Below are positions 1 through 10,037 of a stretch of 64,000 nt of DNA, piece by piece. Made by a program: the position numbers and the translations under genes. The notes beneath the pieces are model-generated. The model ran no database searches, was not told the DNA's origin, and saw only the letters and a program-made list of their open reading frames with translations. The stretch is taken from NCBI GenBank assembly GCA_040384665.1, contig JAZKIY010000016.1, positions 11,334 to 75,333 on the forward strand. The letters run 5' to 3'. The DNA is from Pseudomonadota bacterium. GTDB lineage: Bacteria > Pseudomonadota > Gammaproteobacteria > Burkholderiales > Burkholderiaceae_C. How positions within the stretch are numbered: the first letter of the stretch is position 1; the number at the start of each line of letters is the position of its first letter.

Positions 1-142
1 ATAGACACGCACGCGTGTCATGCACCGGACTGACGGTCCGCTGTGCACTGTCTACACTGGTTTGCCACTCCCGCAGTCTTGCGTCAGGGTGGCCACGTTG
101 GCCCAGCGCCATGTTGCAACCAGAACACCAGGAGACACACCC

Positions 143-1078
143 ATGCCCGCATTCGGCACCGTCACGATTGCCCACGACCCGCAGCAGCCGCGCATTGCCC
201 GCCTGCTGCTGAACCGGCCCGAACGCCTCAACCCCATCGGCAACAGCACGCCCGGCGACATCCGCAAGGCCATCCAATGGGCCGAGGCGCAAGACGAGGT
301 GCACGTGGTCATCGTTGAAGGGGCAGGGCGTGCTTTCTGTGCCGGTTACGACCTGGCGGAATACGCCGAGGGCGTGGACGCCGAAGGCTTTGTGGGCGAC
401 CACCCCTGCCGCCAGGAAAAAACGCCGTGGGACCCGATGGTCGACTACGCGGCCATGAAAGGCCACACCGAAGACTTCATGTCGCTGTGGCGTTGCAGCA
501 AGCCGACCATCGCCAAGGTGCACGGCTACGCAGTGGCGGGCGGCAGCGACATTGCGCTGTGCTGCGACCTGCTGGTGATGGCCGACGATGCCCGCATTGG
601 CTACATGCCCACCCGCGTCTGGGGCTGCCCGACCACCGCCATGTGGACCTACCGGCTCGGCGCCATCCGCGCCAAGCAGATGATGTTCACCGGCGACACC
701 ATCGACGGCAAAAAAGCCGCCGACTGGGGCCTGGCCAACATGGCGGTCCCGGCTGATGAGCTGGACGCCGCCACGCAAAAACTTGCCGAGCGCATTGCCG
801 GCGTGCCCAAGTCGCACCTCACGATGCACAAGCTGGTGGTCAACCAGGTCTGGCATTCGATGGGCCTGGAGCAGAGCCAGATGTTTGCCACCATCTTTGA
901 CGGCATCACCCGCCACAACCCCGAAGGCATGTGGTTCCGCCGCTATGCGCAGGCCGAAGGTTTCAAGGCCGCGGTGCAGTGGCGCGACAGCGGCAAGCCG
1001 ATCCCCCAGGGGGACGAGGCGAGGGCATTGATGGCCGAACTGGAAGCCCAGCTCGCCGCCGCCAAGGCCAAGCTGTAG
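143..1078 (+). CDS. enoyl-CoA hydratase/isomerase (crotonase) family protein
   Basis: ORF 20..1078. Crotonase hallmarks present ([29 protein letters not shown]). ATG 143, preceded by cAGGAGa, taken as start. Confidence 0.8.
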   Translation: MPAFGTVTIAHDPQQPRIARLLLNRPERLNPIGNSTPGDIRKAIQWAEAQDEVHVVIVEGAGRAFCAGYDLAEYAEGVDAEGFVGDHPCRQEKTPWDPMVDYAAMKGHTEDFMSLWRCSKPTIAKVHGYAVAGGSDIALCCDLLVMADDARIGYMPTRVWGCPTTAMWTYRLGAIRAKQMMFTGDTIDGKKAADWGLANMAVPADELDAATQKLAERIAGVPKSHLTMHKLVVNQVWHSMGLEQSQMFATIFDGITRHNPEGMWFRRYAQAEGFKAAVQWRDSGKPIPQGDEARALMAELEAQLAAAKAKL

Positions 1079-1079
1079 G

Positions 1080-2054
1080 TCAGTTCACCATCACCAGTTT
1101 GCCCTTGACGCCGCGTGAGCCCATGTGGGCGTACGCGGCTTTCAGGTCGGTCATCGGCACCGTGCTGTCGATCACCGGCTTGACCTTGCCTTGTGCGTAC
1201 CACTGCGCCAACTCGGCCAGTGCCGCGTTGTTGGCCTTGGGCTCGCGCTTGGCAAAGTCGCCCCAGAACACGCCAACGAGGGACGCGCCCTTGAGCAGCA
1301 TCAGGTTCAACGGCAGCGCCGGAATCGGGCCCGAAGCAAAACCCACCACCAGGTAACGGCCACGCCAGGCAATGGAGCGGAAGGCGGGTTCTGCAAAGTC
1401 GCCACCGACTGGGTCGTAAACCACGTCGGGGCCTTTGCCGTTGGTGGCGGCCTTGATGGCGTCGCGGAGGTTCTCGGTGGTGTAGTTGATGGTCGCGTCG
1501 GCACCGATGGACCGGCACAGCGCGCACTTCTCGTCGGTCGATGCGGCGGCGATCACCCGTGCACCCACCGCCTTGGCAATCTGAATGGCCGAGGTGCCCA
1601 CGCCGCCGGCGGCACCCAGCACCAGCAGCGTCTCCCCGGCCTTGAGTTGGGCCCGGTCGATCAGCGCGTGGTGCGAGGTGCCATAGACCAAAATGAACGC
1701 CGCCGCATCGACCATCGGAAACCCTGCCGGCAGCGGCATGCACAGCGCCGCCGGGGCAATGGCGTGGGTGCCAAAGCCGCCGGTGCCCGGCATGCAGGCC
1801 ACCGGCTGGCCCACTTGCAGGTGCGTCACGCCGTCGCCCAACGCCTGCACCACACCAGCGTATTCCGAGCCGGGCACAAAGGGCAGGGCGGGCTTCATCT
1901 GGTACTTGTTCTGCACGATCAGCAGGTCGGGGAAGTTCAGGCTGGCGGCCTTGATCTCGACCAGCACTTCGCCGGGGCCGGGCGTGGGCGTGGGCAGTTC
2001 CTTCCAGGTCAGCGCGTCCACGCCGGTCGGGGTCTCACAAAGCCATGCGTGCAT
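1080..2054 (-). CDS. NADPH:quinone oxidoreductase / zinc-type alcohol dehydrogenase (MDR) family protein
   Basis: ORF 1080..2072. MDR pattern present (GEVLVEIKAASLNFPDLL; LVLGAAGGVGTSAIQIAK dinucleotide fold). ATG 2054 with GGAG upstream preferred over TTG 2072. Confidence 0.8.
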   Translation of the reverse strand: MHAWLCETPTGVDALTWKELPTPTPGPGEVLVEIKAASLNFPDLLIVQNKYQMKPALPFVPGSEYAGVVQALGDGVTHLQVGQPVACMPGTGGFGTHAIAPAALCMPLPAGFPMVDAAAFILVYGTSHHALIDRAQLKAGETLLVLGAAGGVGTSAIQIAKAVGARVIAAASTDEKCALCRSIGADATINYTTENLRDAIKAATNGKGPDVVYDPVGGDFAEPAFRSIAWRGRYLVVGFASGPIPALPLNLMLLKGASLVGVFWGDFAKREPKANNAALAELAQWYAQGKVKPVIDSTVPMTDLKAAYAHMGSRGVKGKLVMVN

Positions 2055-2158
2055 GAAGTCTCCACTCGTCAAGGGTCAAAAGGCCAATGATAGAAGGGCG
2101 TTTGTCGCGGAGCGTGTCCCAGCAGCGACCTACAATCGTTCGCAACTTTCCCGACCCC

Positions 2159-2926
2159 ATGAAAATTCTCATTTCCAACGACGACGGCTTCCAGGCACCC
2201 GGCATTGTGGCGCTCTACGAGGCGCTGAAAGACCTGGGCGAGGTGGAGGTGATCGCACCCGAGCACAACAACAGCGCCAAGTCGAATGCGCTGACGCTGC
2301 ACTCCCCGCTGTACGTGCACCGTGCCACCAATGGCTTTCGCTACGTCAACGGCACCCCGGCCGACTGTGTGCACATCGCCATGACCGGCCTGCTGGGCTA
2401 CCGGCCCGACCTGGTGGTGAGTGGCATCAACAACGGCGCCAACATGGGCGACGACACCATTTACTCCGGCACCGTGGGCGCGGCGATGGAAGGTTACCTG
2501 TTTGGTGTGCCGGCGATTGCGTTTTCGCAGACCGAGAAAGGCTGGCACCACCTGGACGCCGCCGCGGCCAAGGCGCGTGAACTGGTCCAGCAAATGGGCC
2601 AGCACGGCCTGCATGGCGAGGCCCCCTGGCTGCTGAACGTCAACATCCCCAACCGCCCGCTGGCAGACATCAAGCCGATGAAGGTGTGCCGCCTGGGCCG
2701 CCGCCACCTGGCCGAACCGGTCATCCAGCAAACCAGCCCGAGGGGGGAGACCATGTACTGGATTGGCGCCGCCGGCGCCGCCAAAGACGACGCCGAAGGC
2801 ACCGACTTCCACGCCACCTTCCAGGGCCATGTCTCGTTGACACCGCTGCAGGTGGACCTGACCGACCACAACCACCTGCGCTACTGGGCGCAGACCGCCG
2901 CCGCGCTGAACGGGTCGGGCGCATGA
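2159..2926 (+). CDS. surE: 5'/3'-nucleotidase SurE
   Basis: N-terminus [16 protein letters not shown] from ATG 2159, plus [24 protein letters not shown]. First gene of the surE-pcm-nlpD-rpoS order. Confidence 0.9.
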   Translation: MKILISNDDGFQAPGIVALYEALKDLGEVEVIAPEHNNSAKSNALTLHSPLYVHRATNGFRYVNGTPADCVHIAMTGLLGYRPDLVVSGINNGANMGDDTIYSGTVGAAMEGYLFGVPAIAFSQTEKGWHHLDAAAAKARELVQQMGQHGLHGEAPWLLNVNIPNRPLADIKPMKVCRLGRRHLAEPVIQQTSPRGETMYWIGAAGAAKDDAEGTDFHATFQGHVSLTPLQVDLTDHNHLRYWAQTAAALNGSGA

Positions 2927-3729
2927 CGCAGCGCCCCCGCTTCCCGGCACAGGAAACCCTGCCCACCTGGGTCAAGCGCGCTCCTGAAAAAGGAGCTATA
3001 CCGCTAGGTTTTACTAAGGCTGGACCCATAAAAGGCTTAAAAAATGAGGGGTTGCCCTTGCCCGTGGCCGGTTGGGGCATGGATTCGGCCCGGGTGCGCG
3101 AGCGCATGGTCGCGTTGCTGGCACGGCAAGGCGTGTCCGACCCGCAGGTGCTGGCCGCCATGGGGCGTGTCGAGCGCCACCGCTTCGTCGATTCCGCGTT
3201 GGCCAACCAGGCTTACGAAGACACCAGCCTGCCCATCGGGCTTGGGCAAACCATCTCCAAGCCTGGCGTGGTGGCGCGCATGCTGGAACTGCTGCGTGAG
3301 CCCTGGGTGGGTTCCGGGCAGCCGCTCGGCCGGGTGTTGGAGATTGGCACCGGCTGTGGCTACCAGGCCGCCGTGTTGAGTGCGCTGGCAAGCGAGGTCT
3401 ACAGCATGGAACGCCTGCGCGGCCTGCACGAGAAAGCCCGCGAGAACCTGCGCCCGTTCCGGCTTGCCAACCTGCACCTGCTGCTGGGCGACGGCATGGC
3501 CGGCTACCCCAAGGGGGCGCCGTACGCGGCCATCATTGCCGCCGCCGGTGGCGAGGCCTTGCCGACCACCTGGATCGACCAGCTCGCGCCCGGTGGCCGC
3601 CTGGTGGCACCGGTGTGCCAGCCCAACGGCGCACAGGCACTGACGGTGGTGGACAAGACGCCCACAGGCATTGTTCAGCGCTTCCTCGAGCCCGTCCTCT
3701 TTGTGCCCCTAAAATCGGGTGTTGCATGA
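2923..3729 (+). CDS. pcm: protein-L-isoaspartate O-methyltransferase
   Basis: [16 protein letters not shown] and SAM motif [19 protein letters not shown] 2923 overlaps the surE stop (ATGA). Alternative start ATG 3079 would give an E. coli-length protein, so the start is uncertain. Confidence 0.85.
   Translation: MTQRPRFPAQETLPTWVKRAPEKGAIPLGFTKAGPIKGLKNEGLPLPVAGWGMDSARVRERMVALLARQGVSDPQVLAAMGRVERHRFVDSALANQAYEDTSLPIGLGQTISKPGVVARMLELLREPWVGSGQPLGRVLEIGTGCGYQAAVLSALASEVYSMERLRGLHEKARENLRPFRLANLHLLLGDGMAGYPKGAPYAAIIAAAGGEALPTTWIDQLAPGGRLVAPVCQPNGAQALTVVDKTPTGIVQRFLEPVLFVPLKSGVA
2980..3049 (+). repeat. low-GC palindromic element, copy A (forward)
   Basis: Hairpin gctcctgaaaaaggagc plus core ggagctataccgctaggttttactaaggctgga (2992-3024). 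Lies in the pcm N-terminal extension or the surE-pcm spacer. Confidence 0.8.
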
Positions 3730-4595
3730 CCCGGAGGTATCGCGTGGTGTTTCGTAACTCTACAGTCGTGGTGGTGGCACTGATGGCTGTGCTGCTCTCC
3801 GCCTGCTCGTTCAACCGCGCGCCCAACCGGGCACCGGTCGAAGACCGCGCCGGCAGCAAGCCGCGGCCCATCGTCCGGCCGTCCAACGACACCCCCACAG
3901 TGGCACCCGACGCAGAGAACGCTGGCAAACCCGGTTTCTACACCGTCAAGCCCGGCGACACACTCAACCGCATTGGTTTTGAGGTCGGGCAGCGCCCGGC
4001 CGACATCGCCCGCTGGAGCGGCCTGGCCAACCCCAATGTGCTGGAAGTCGGACAGGTGCTGCGCGTTGTGGCGCCACCGTCCGAGGCGCCCGTTGCGCAA
4101 ACCAAGCCGGTCATCCCGCCCGGCATCTTGAGTTCGCCTGTGCCCACACCGCTGCCACCCGTGGGTGCGGCGTCTGTGCCCAACATCGCCACCACCGACA
4201 GCACACAGCCGCCTCCGGCCAGCGACGAAGAGGTGGCCTGGATGTGGCCGGCCACCGGCAACGTGATCGCCGGGTTTGACGAGGCCAAAAACAAGGGCCT
4301 GGACTTCGCTGGCAGCGCCGGAGACCCGGTACTGGCCGCGGCCGACGGTCGGGTGGTTTACGCCGGCGCAGGCTTGCGTGGCTACGGCAACCTCATCATC
4401 CTCAAACACAACAACACCTACCTCACCGCCTACGCGCACAACCAGCTGCTGCTGGTGAAGGAAGACCAGAACGTGCGCCGGGGCCAGAAGATTGCCGAGA
4501 TGGGCAACAGCGACGCCGACCGCGTGAAGCTGCACTTCGAGGTGCGCCGGCAAGGCAAGCCGGTGGACCCTGCCAAGTACCTGCCAGGCCGCTGA
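3726..4595 (+). CDS. nlpD: LysM/M23 peptidase lipoprotein NlpD
   Basis: Lipobox LLSAC, LysM segment [17 protein letters not shown], and M23 C-terminus [24 protein letters not shown] 3726 overlaps the pcm stop. Confidence 0.85.
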   Translation: MTRRYRVVFRNSTVVVVALMAVLLSACSFNRAPNRAPVEDRAGSKPRPIVRPSNDTPTVAPDAENAGKPGFYTVKPGDTLNRIGFEVGQRPADIARWSGLANPNVLEVGQVLRVVAPPSEAPVAQTKPVIPPGILSSPVPTPLPPVGAASVPNIATTDSTQPPPASDEEVAWMWPATGNVIAGFDEAKNKGLDFAGSAGDPVLAAADGRVVYAGAGLRGYGNLIILKHNNTYLTAYAHNQLLLVKEDQNVRRGQKIAEMGNSDADRVKLHFEVRRQGKPVDPAKYLPGR

Positions 4596-4597
4596 CG

Positions 4598-5575
4598 ATG
4601 ACGCGGCGCAACCTCCCAGGAGCCGAAATTGCGCCAGATGCGTTGCCCGCCAGTGCGCCGCGCGCGGGCAGTGATGCCCCCATGGACCTGCCTGCCGCCG
4701 AGTTGGTCGGTGAGTCCAGCGACGCGCTGACGCTTTATTTGCGGGACGTGCGCCGCACCACGCTGTTCACCCCGGAAGAAGAATTCGACACCGCAACCCG
4801 TGCCCGCGCCGGTGATTTTGAAGCCCGGCAGGCGATGATCGAACACAACCTGCGGCTGGTGGTCAGCATCGCCAAACACTACCTGGGCCGCGGGGTGCCG
4901 CTGTCGGACCTGATCGAAGAAGGCAACCTGGGCCTGATGCACGCCATCGACAAGTTTGAGCCCGAGCGTGGTTTCCGTTTCTCCACCTACGCCACCTGGT
5001 GGATCCGCCAGGCGGTGGAGCGGGCGGTGACCAACCAGGGCCGCGTGATCAGGCTGCCAGTGCATGTGATGCGCGAGGTCAAGAAGGTGCTGCGCGCGCG
5101 CCACCTGCTGGAATCTGACCCCGCCTACCTCGAGCGCCGCACCGGACTGGACGCCACCGGCGTGCGCAACGAAGACATTGCTGCACTGCTCGGCCGTGAC
5201 GTGCAGGACGTGACCGAATTGCTGGCGCTGGCCGAAAACCCGCGCTCGCTCGACGCCGCGCTCGACAAAACCGACGGCGACCACACCCTGATCGACACCG
5301 TGGCCGACGCCGTGACCCAGGACCCGACCGATGTGACCCAGTCGCACGAGGTCGAACGCCTGCTGGCGTTGTGGATGGACACCTTGACAGACCGCGAACG
5401 GCAGATTCTGGAAGGCCGCTTCGGTCTGCACCAGCACGAGCCGGAAACGCTGGAAGTCCTGAGCGAGCGCCTGGGGCTGACCCGTGAACGGGTGCGGCAG
5501 ATCCAGAACGAAGCGCTGCTCAAGCTCAAACGCTACCTGGCCCACCACGGCATTTCCCGCGACGCGGTCCTGTAG
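4598..5575 (+). CDS. rpoS: RNA polymerase sigma factor RpoS (sigma-70 family)
   Basis: Sigma regions 2-4 present ([47 protein letters not shown]). Sits immediately downstream of nlpD. Confidence 0.85.
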   Translation: MTRRNLPGAEIAPDALPASAPRAGSDAPMDLPAAELVGESSDALTLYLRDVRRTTLFTPEEEFDTATRARAGDFEARQAMIEHNLRLVVSIAKHYLGRGVPLSDLIEEGNLGLMHAIDKFEPERGFRFSTYATWWIRQAVERAVTNQGRVIRLPVHVMREVKKVLRARHLLESDPAYLERRTGLDATGVRNEDIAALLGRDVQDVTELLALAENPRSLDAALDKTDGDHTLIDTVADAVTQDPTDVTQSHEVERLLALWMDTLTDRERQILEGRFGLHQHEPETLEVLSERLGLTRERVRQIQNEALLKLKRYLAHHGISRDAVL

Positions 5576-5580
5576 GCACC

Positions 5581-6366
5581 ATGGGCTGGCCAGTTCTCGT
5601 TTTTGACATCGAGTCGATCCCCGACATCGCCGGCCTGCGCGCGCTGCGCGGCAGCCCCGCAGAACACACCGACGCCGAGGTCTACCAGGCCTGGGTGCAG
5701 GAGCGCAAAGACAAGGGACAAAGCGACTTCATGCCGCTGCACCTGCAGCGCATCCTGGTGCTGTCGTGTGTGTTCCGCAACGCCGAGGGCTTGAAGGTGC
5801 ATTCCTTCGTGGACCGCGACGACCAGAGCGAAGGCAAGGTCATCCAGCAGTTCTTCAACACGCTGGAAAAGCACACGCCACAACTGGTGAGCTGGAATGG
5901 CGGCGGCTTCGATCTGCCAGTGCTGCACTACCGCGGCCTGAAACACGGCGTGGTGGCCGACAAGTACTGGGACATGGGCGACGATGACCGCGAGTTCAAA
6001 TGGAACAACTACATCAGCCGCTACCACCTGCGCCACCTCGATTTGATGGACCTGCTGGCCATGTACCAGCCCAAGAACAACGCGCCGCTCGACGCGATGG
6101 CCAAGCTCTGTGGTTTCCCCGGCAAGCTGGGCATGGACGGCTCCATGGTCTACCAGGGCTACCTCGACGGCCAGTTGGACGACATCCGCCGCTACTGCGA
6201 AACCGACGTGATGAACACCTATTTGCTGTACTGCCGCTTCCAGAAGATGCGCGGTGGCCTCACCGAGGCCGAGTACGAGCAGGAGATCACCTTGGTGAAA
6301 GACACCTTGGGCAACCTGGCGCCCACAGAAGCGCACTGGCAGCAGTACCTCGCCGCCTGGGGCTGA
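5581..6366 (+). CDS. predicted 3'-5' exonuclease related to the PolB exonuclease domain
   Basis: DEDD-type motifs VFDIESIP, WNGGGFDLPVL and YCETDVMNTYLLY. Confidence 0.7.
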   Translation: MGWPVLVFDIESIPDIAGLRALRGSPAEHTDAEVYQAWVQERKDKGQSDFMPLHLQRILVLSCVFRNAEGLKVHSFVDRDDQSEGKVIQQFFNTLEKHTPQLVSWNGGGFDLPVLHYRGLKHGVVADKYWDMGDDDREFKWNNYISRYHLRHLDLMDLLAMYQPKNNAPLDAMAKLCGFPGKLGMDGSMVYQGYLDGQLDDIRRYCETDVMNTYLLYCRFQKMRGGLTEAEYEQEITLVKDTLGNLAPTEAHWQQYLAAWG

Positions 6367-6398
6367 GAACTGGGTCTGGCACCTGAGACAATCGGGGC

Positions 6399-7874
6399 AT
6401 GACCGCAGCGACACCGCCAGACACTCCTCCATTGCCCGCAGGCCAGTCCCACGACCCCACCCGCGCCCCCGACACCGCCCACTCCCTGCCGCCAGGCCAC
6501 CTGCGGGTGGACGCGCTCGACATCGATGCGCAGGGCGTGGCCCGCAAACCCGATGGCAAGGTGGTCTTCATCGAAGGCGCACTGCCGTTCGAGGAGGTGA
6601 GCGTCAACGTTCACCGCAAGAAAAACAACTGGGAGCAGGGCACCGTCACGGCCATCCACCGCGAGTCGTCACAGCGCGTGAAGCCCGGCTGCCCGCATTT
6701 TGGCCTGCACGCCGGCGCCTGCGGCGGCTGCAAGATGCAGCACCTGCACCCGGCTGCGCAGGTGGCCGTCAAGCAGCGGGTGCTGGAAGACAACCTGTGG
6801 CACCTTGGCAAGGTCAAGGCCGAAACGGTGATGCGGCCCATCGAAGGCCCGGCCTGGGGCTACCGCTACCGCGCCCGGCTGTCGGTGCGCCATGTGCACA
6901 AGAAGGGCGAGGTGTTGGTGGGGTTCCACGAGCGCAAGAGCCGCTACGTGGCCGACATGCGCGAATGCCATGTGTTGCCGCCGCATGTGAATGCGATGCT
7001 GATGCCGCTGCGCGCGCTGGTTGCCTCGATGGACGCGATTGAAACACTCCCGCAGATTGAACTCGCCTGTGGTGACGAGGTGACCGCGCTGGTGCTGCGC
7101 CACCTGGAACCGCTCAGCCAGGCCGACCTGGCACGGCTGCGTGCGTTTGCGGTCGAACGACCTGGCTTGCAGTGGTGGTTGCAGTCCAAAGGACCAGAGA
7201 CGGTCAAGCTGCTCGACGAAGGCGGGCCTGAACTGGCGTACGCGCTGCCGCAATTCGGCATCACCATGCCCTTCAAGCCAACCGACTTCACCCAGGTCAA
7301 CCCGCACATCAACCGCGTGCTGGTGGCGCGTGCGCTGCGCCTGCTCGACCCCCAGCGGTCCGAGCGCGTGATCGACTGGTTCTGTGGTTTGGGCAACTTC
7401 ACGCTGCCGCTGGCCACGTTGGCCGGCGAAGTGCTTGGGATTGAGGGCAGCGAGGCCCTGGTGGCACGTTCCAGAGAGAATTTGAAGCTGAATCAGGATC
7501 AAGCCCTAGTGAAAACTAGGTTGTCAGCTACTAAATTTGTAGCGCGAAACCTCTTTGAGATGACCCCCGAGTTGCTGGCCGCTGACGGCCACGCCGACAA
7601 GTGGCTGGTGGACCCACCGCGCGAAGGCGCGTTCGCACTCGCCCAGGCATTGGCCGGCCTGAACCAGCAGCATCTGGCTGGGACGCCGTGGCCCGCTGGC
7701 TGGACCCCGCCCCAGCGCATCGTCTACGTCAGTTGCAACCCCGCCACGCTGGCCCGCGATGCCGGCCTGCTTGTGAACCTGGGGGGTTACCGCTGCACAG
7801 CGGCCGGGGTGGTGAACATGTTCCCGCACACAGCCCACGTCGAAAGCATCGCAGTCTTCGACCGCGTAGCGTAA
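6399..7874 (+). CDS. rlmD: 23S rRNA (uracil-C5)-methyltransferase RlmD (RumA)
   Basis: TRAM-like N-terminal part, Fe-S Cys cluster [21 protein letters not shown] motif [21 protein letters not shown], and catalytic [13 protein letters not shown]. Confidence 0.85.
   Translation: MTAATPPDTPPLPAGQSHDPTRAPDTAHSLPPGHLRVDALDIDAQGVARKPDGKVVFIEGALPFEEVSVNVHRKKNNWEQGTVTAIHRESSQRVKPGCPHFGLHAGACGGCKMQHLHPAAQVAVKQRVLEDNLWHLGKVKAETVMRPIEGPAWGYRYRARLSVRHVHKKGEVLVGFHERKSRYVADMRECHVLPPHVNAMLMPLRALVASMDAIETLPQIELACGDEVTALVLRHLEPLSQADLARLRAFAVERPGLQWWLQSKGPETVKLLDEGGPELAYALPQFGITMPFKPTDFTQVNPHINRVLVARALRLLDPQRSERVIDWFCGLGNFTLPLATLAGEVLGIEGSEALVARSRENLKLNQDQALVKTRLSATKFVARNLFEMTPELLAADGHADKWLVDPPREGAFALAQALAGLNQQHLAGTPWPAGWTPPQRIVYVSCNPATLARDAGLLVNLGGYRCTAAGVVNMFPHTAHVESIAVFDRVA
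7474..7543 (-). repeat. low-GC palindromic element, copy E (reverse), inside rlmD
   Basis: The reverse complement of 7499-7531 is gtagctgacaacctagttttcactagggcttga. Hairpin gctacaaatttagtagc. Confidence 0.8.
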
Positions 7875-7877
7875 AAA

Positions 7878-7905
7878 GGACAAGGGGCCCGAAGGCCCCT
7901 TGTTG
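7878..7905. terminator. bidirectional stem-loop between convergent rlmD and BI-1 genes
   Basis: caaggggcc-cgaa-ggccccttg (9-bp GC stem) flanked by an A-run on the left and tt on the right. Confidence 0.6.
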
Positions 7906-7933
7906 AAATCAGCGCAGCGCTCTATTCACGTCT

Positions 7934-8635
7934 TTAGTCGCGTTCGCCACCCATGATGCCGAACAGCGCCAGCATGGCCTGGAACACGTTGAACACGTTC
8001 AGGTACAGGGCCAAGGTGGCGCTGATGTAGTTGGTTTCGCCGCCGTCCATGATGCGCTTCAGGTCGTACACCATGAAAGCGCTGAAGATGCCGATGGCCG
8101 CAACCGACAAAGCCATCATGCCAGCGGTGGAGCCAACGAACACGTTGACGATGCCGCCCACCATCAACACGATGGCGCCGACGAACAGCCACTTGCCCAT
8201 GCCCGACAGGTCGCGCTTGATCACGCTGGACAGGCTGGCCATGGCAAAAAACACACCTGCCGTGCCGCCAAAGGCCAGCATGATCAGCTCGGAGCCGTTT
8301 TTAAAGCCCAGCACCATGGCGATCATGCGCGACAGCATCAGGCCCATGAAGAAGGTGAAGGCCAGCAGCACCGGCACGCCGGCGGCAGAGTTCTTGGTCT
8401 TCTCAATCGCGTACATGAAGGCGAACGCGCCGCCCAGAAACACCACCAGGCCCAGGCCACCCGTCAGTTGCAGGGTGAGGCCGGTGGCCACGCCAATCCA
8501 GGCACCGAGCACCGTGGGCAGCATGCTGATGGCCAGCAGCAAGTAGGTGTTGCGCAGCACGCGGTTGCGCTGTTCTGCCGAGACGCCGTAACCGTAGCCC
8601 GGCGATGGGTTCAGGGTTTGTACGCGGTCATTCAT
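7934..8635 (-). CDS. Bax inhibitor-1/YccA family inner membrane protein
   Basis: 233 aa and polytopic. Has the N-terminal RNRVLRNTYLLLAISMLPT segment typical of the family, and AGGAG before the ATG. Confidence 0.8.
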   Translation of the reverse strand: MNDRVQTLNPSPGYGYGVSAEQRNRVLRNTYLLLAISMLPTVLGAWIGVATGLTLQLTGGLGLVVFLGGAFAFMYAIEKTKNSAAGVPVLLAFTFFMGLMLSRMIAMVLGFKNGSELIMLAFGGTAGVFFAMASLSSVIKRDLSGMGKWLFVGAIVLMVGGIVNVFVGSTAGMMALSVAAIGIFSAFMVYDLKRIMDGGETNYISATLALYLNVFNVFQAMLALFGIMGGERD

Positions 8636-8799
8636 GGTGAGGGCTCCTGGTGCGTCAACATTGACGCGTTGCTGACATTTTAAATGGCGGTGGTGTCGCC
8701 GTCTTCAATACCCCTGCAATGTCCACACACATGCACCTGCTGTTGGCAGGGGCAATTTCGGTACAGTAGGTGTTCTTCAGCAACACCCGCCACCACACC

Positions 8800-9210
8800 A
8801 TGAAAACCAAACCTGTACTTGAACTGACCGACGTCAAAACCATCGCCGCCGCCGCAGAAGCCGAGGCCGTGAAAAACCAGTGGGCTGTGTCGATTGCCAT
8901 CGTGGACGATGGCGGGCACCTGCTGTGGCTGCAGCGGCTGGACGGCGCTGCAGCCATCTCGGCCCAGATTGCGCCTGCCAAGGCCCATACGGCGGCACTC
9001 GGTCGCCGCGAAAGCAAGGTCTATGAAGACGTGATCAATGGCGGCCGGATGTCGTTTCTGAGCGCGCCGGCACTGCAGGGCATGCTGGAGGGGGGGGTGC
9101 CCATCGTGCGCGATGGGCAGTGCATTGGTGCGGTGGGCGTGAGTGGTGTCAAATCCACCGAAGACGCCCAGATCGCCCGCGCGGGCATTGCCGCATTGGG
9201 CGGTGCATGA
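8800..9210 (+). CDS. GlcG/HbpS-like (DUF336) haem-binding family protein
   Basis: ORF 8770..9210. ATG 8800 gives MKTKPVLELTDVKTI..., followed by GGVPIVRDGQCIGAVGVSG, typical of DUF336. Confidence 0.7.
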   Translation: MKTKPVLELTDVKTIAAAAEAEAVKNQWAVSIAIVDDGGHLLWLQRLDGAAAISAQIAPAKAHTAALGRRESKVYEDVINGGRMSFLSAPALQGMLEGGVPIVRDGQCIGAVGVSGVKSTEDAQIARAGIAALGGA

Positions 9211-9309
9211 GACAAGTGGGTTGAAAAAAAAGCCTGGCTACCAGAGTTGTGTCTTTGGCTGGCTAAACGACCCTGCCGGCAAGTGGTGCCGGTTGTCGCT
9301 CCACTGAAA

Positions 9310-9522
9310 CTACTTGGTCAAGATCAGCTTGCCCAACTTGGTGGCCTGCAGACGGTAAACCAGACCGTTGTGCAGGATTTCCACCGTCTTCTGACCCTTG
9401 AGCAGTTCGCCGCTGTCCACCACGTGCGACAAGGCACGTTGCACAGCGCTGGCCGAATCCTGCCCTGGCACGGCGTCGTTCGCTGGCAGCGGTGAGGGCA
9501 GGGCGTGGACGTTGGCGAACAT
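9310..9522 (-). CDS. hemP: hemin uptake protein HemP
   Basis: 70 aa. The C-terminus ILHNGLVYRLQATKLGKLILTK matches the HemP family signature, and a Fur box lies immediately upstream. Confidence 0.7.
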   Translation of the reverse strand: MFANVHALPSPLPANDAVPGQDSASAVQRALSHVVDSGELLKGQKTVEILHNGLVYRLQATKLGKLILTK

Positions 9523-9564
9523 GGTGGTTGTGTCAGAAGTGATGGGCTGCGTTGAAAGTTATGT

Positions 9565-9583
9565 AATGATAATTGTTATCATT
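9565..9583. promoter_or_regulatory. Fur box upstream of hemP
   Basis: aatgataattgttatcatt is a near-perfect palindrome resembling the GATAATGATAATCATTATC consensus. It lies in the 99-nt exbD-hemP spacer. Confidence 0.7.
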
Positions 9584-9621
9584 TAAAAGTCAAGCGGATT
9601 CTTTGTAAATCCGCATTGGCG

Positions 9622-10035
9622 TTAAGGTGTTTTCGGCTCCGTGACGAAGCCAATCTTCTTCACGCCAGCCAGTTGTGCCGTGGCCATGGCCTGGGCCACA
9701 CGCTCGTAACGCACCGCCTTGTCGCCACGGATGTGCAGTTCGGGCTGGGGCTCCTGTTTGGCGGCCGCCTGCAGCCGGGTGGCCAGTTCGTCGTCCGGCA
9801 CAACGGCCTCGTTCCAGAAGTACGCGCCCTGGCCATCCACGGTGAGCAGAATGGTCTGCGGCTTCACGTCTTGGGGCTGGTTGGTGGCGCGCGGCAAATC
9901 GATGTTGACCGCGTGCTTCATCACCGGCACGGTGATGATGAAGATGATGAGCAGCACCAGCATCACGTCGACCAGCGGCGTCATGTTGATCTCGTTCATC
10001 ACCTCATCGGGCTCGTCTTGCGTTCCGAAAGCCAT
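9622..10035 (-). CDS. exbD: biopolymer transport protein ExbD/TolR
   Basis: 137 aa. INMTPLVDVMLVLLIIFIIT TM segment. Follows exbB with a 2-nt gap. Confidence 0.85.
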   Translation of the reverse strand: MAFGTQDEPDEVMNEINMTPLVDVMLVLLIIFIITVPVMKHAVNIDLPRATNQPQDVKPQTILLTVDGQGAYFWNEAVVPDDELATRLQAAAKQEPQPELHIRGDKAVRYERVAQAMATAQLAGVKKIGFVTEPKTP

Positions 10036-10037
10036 GT

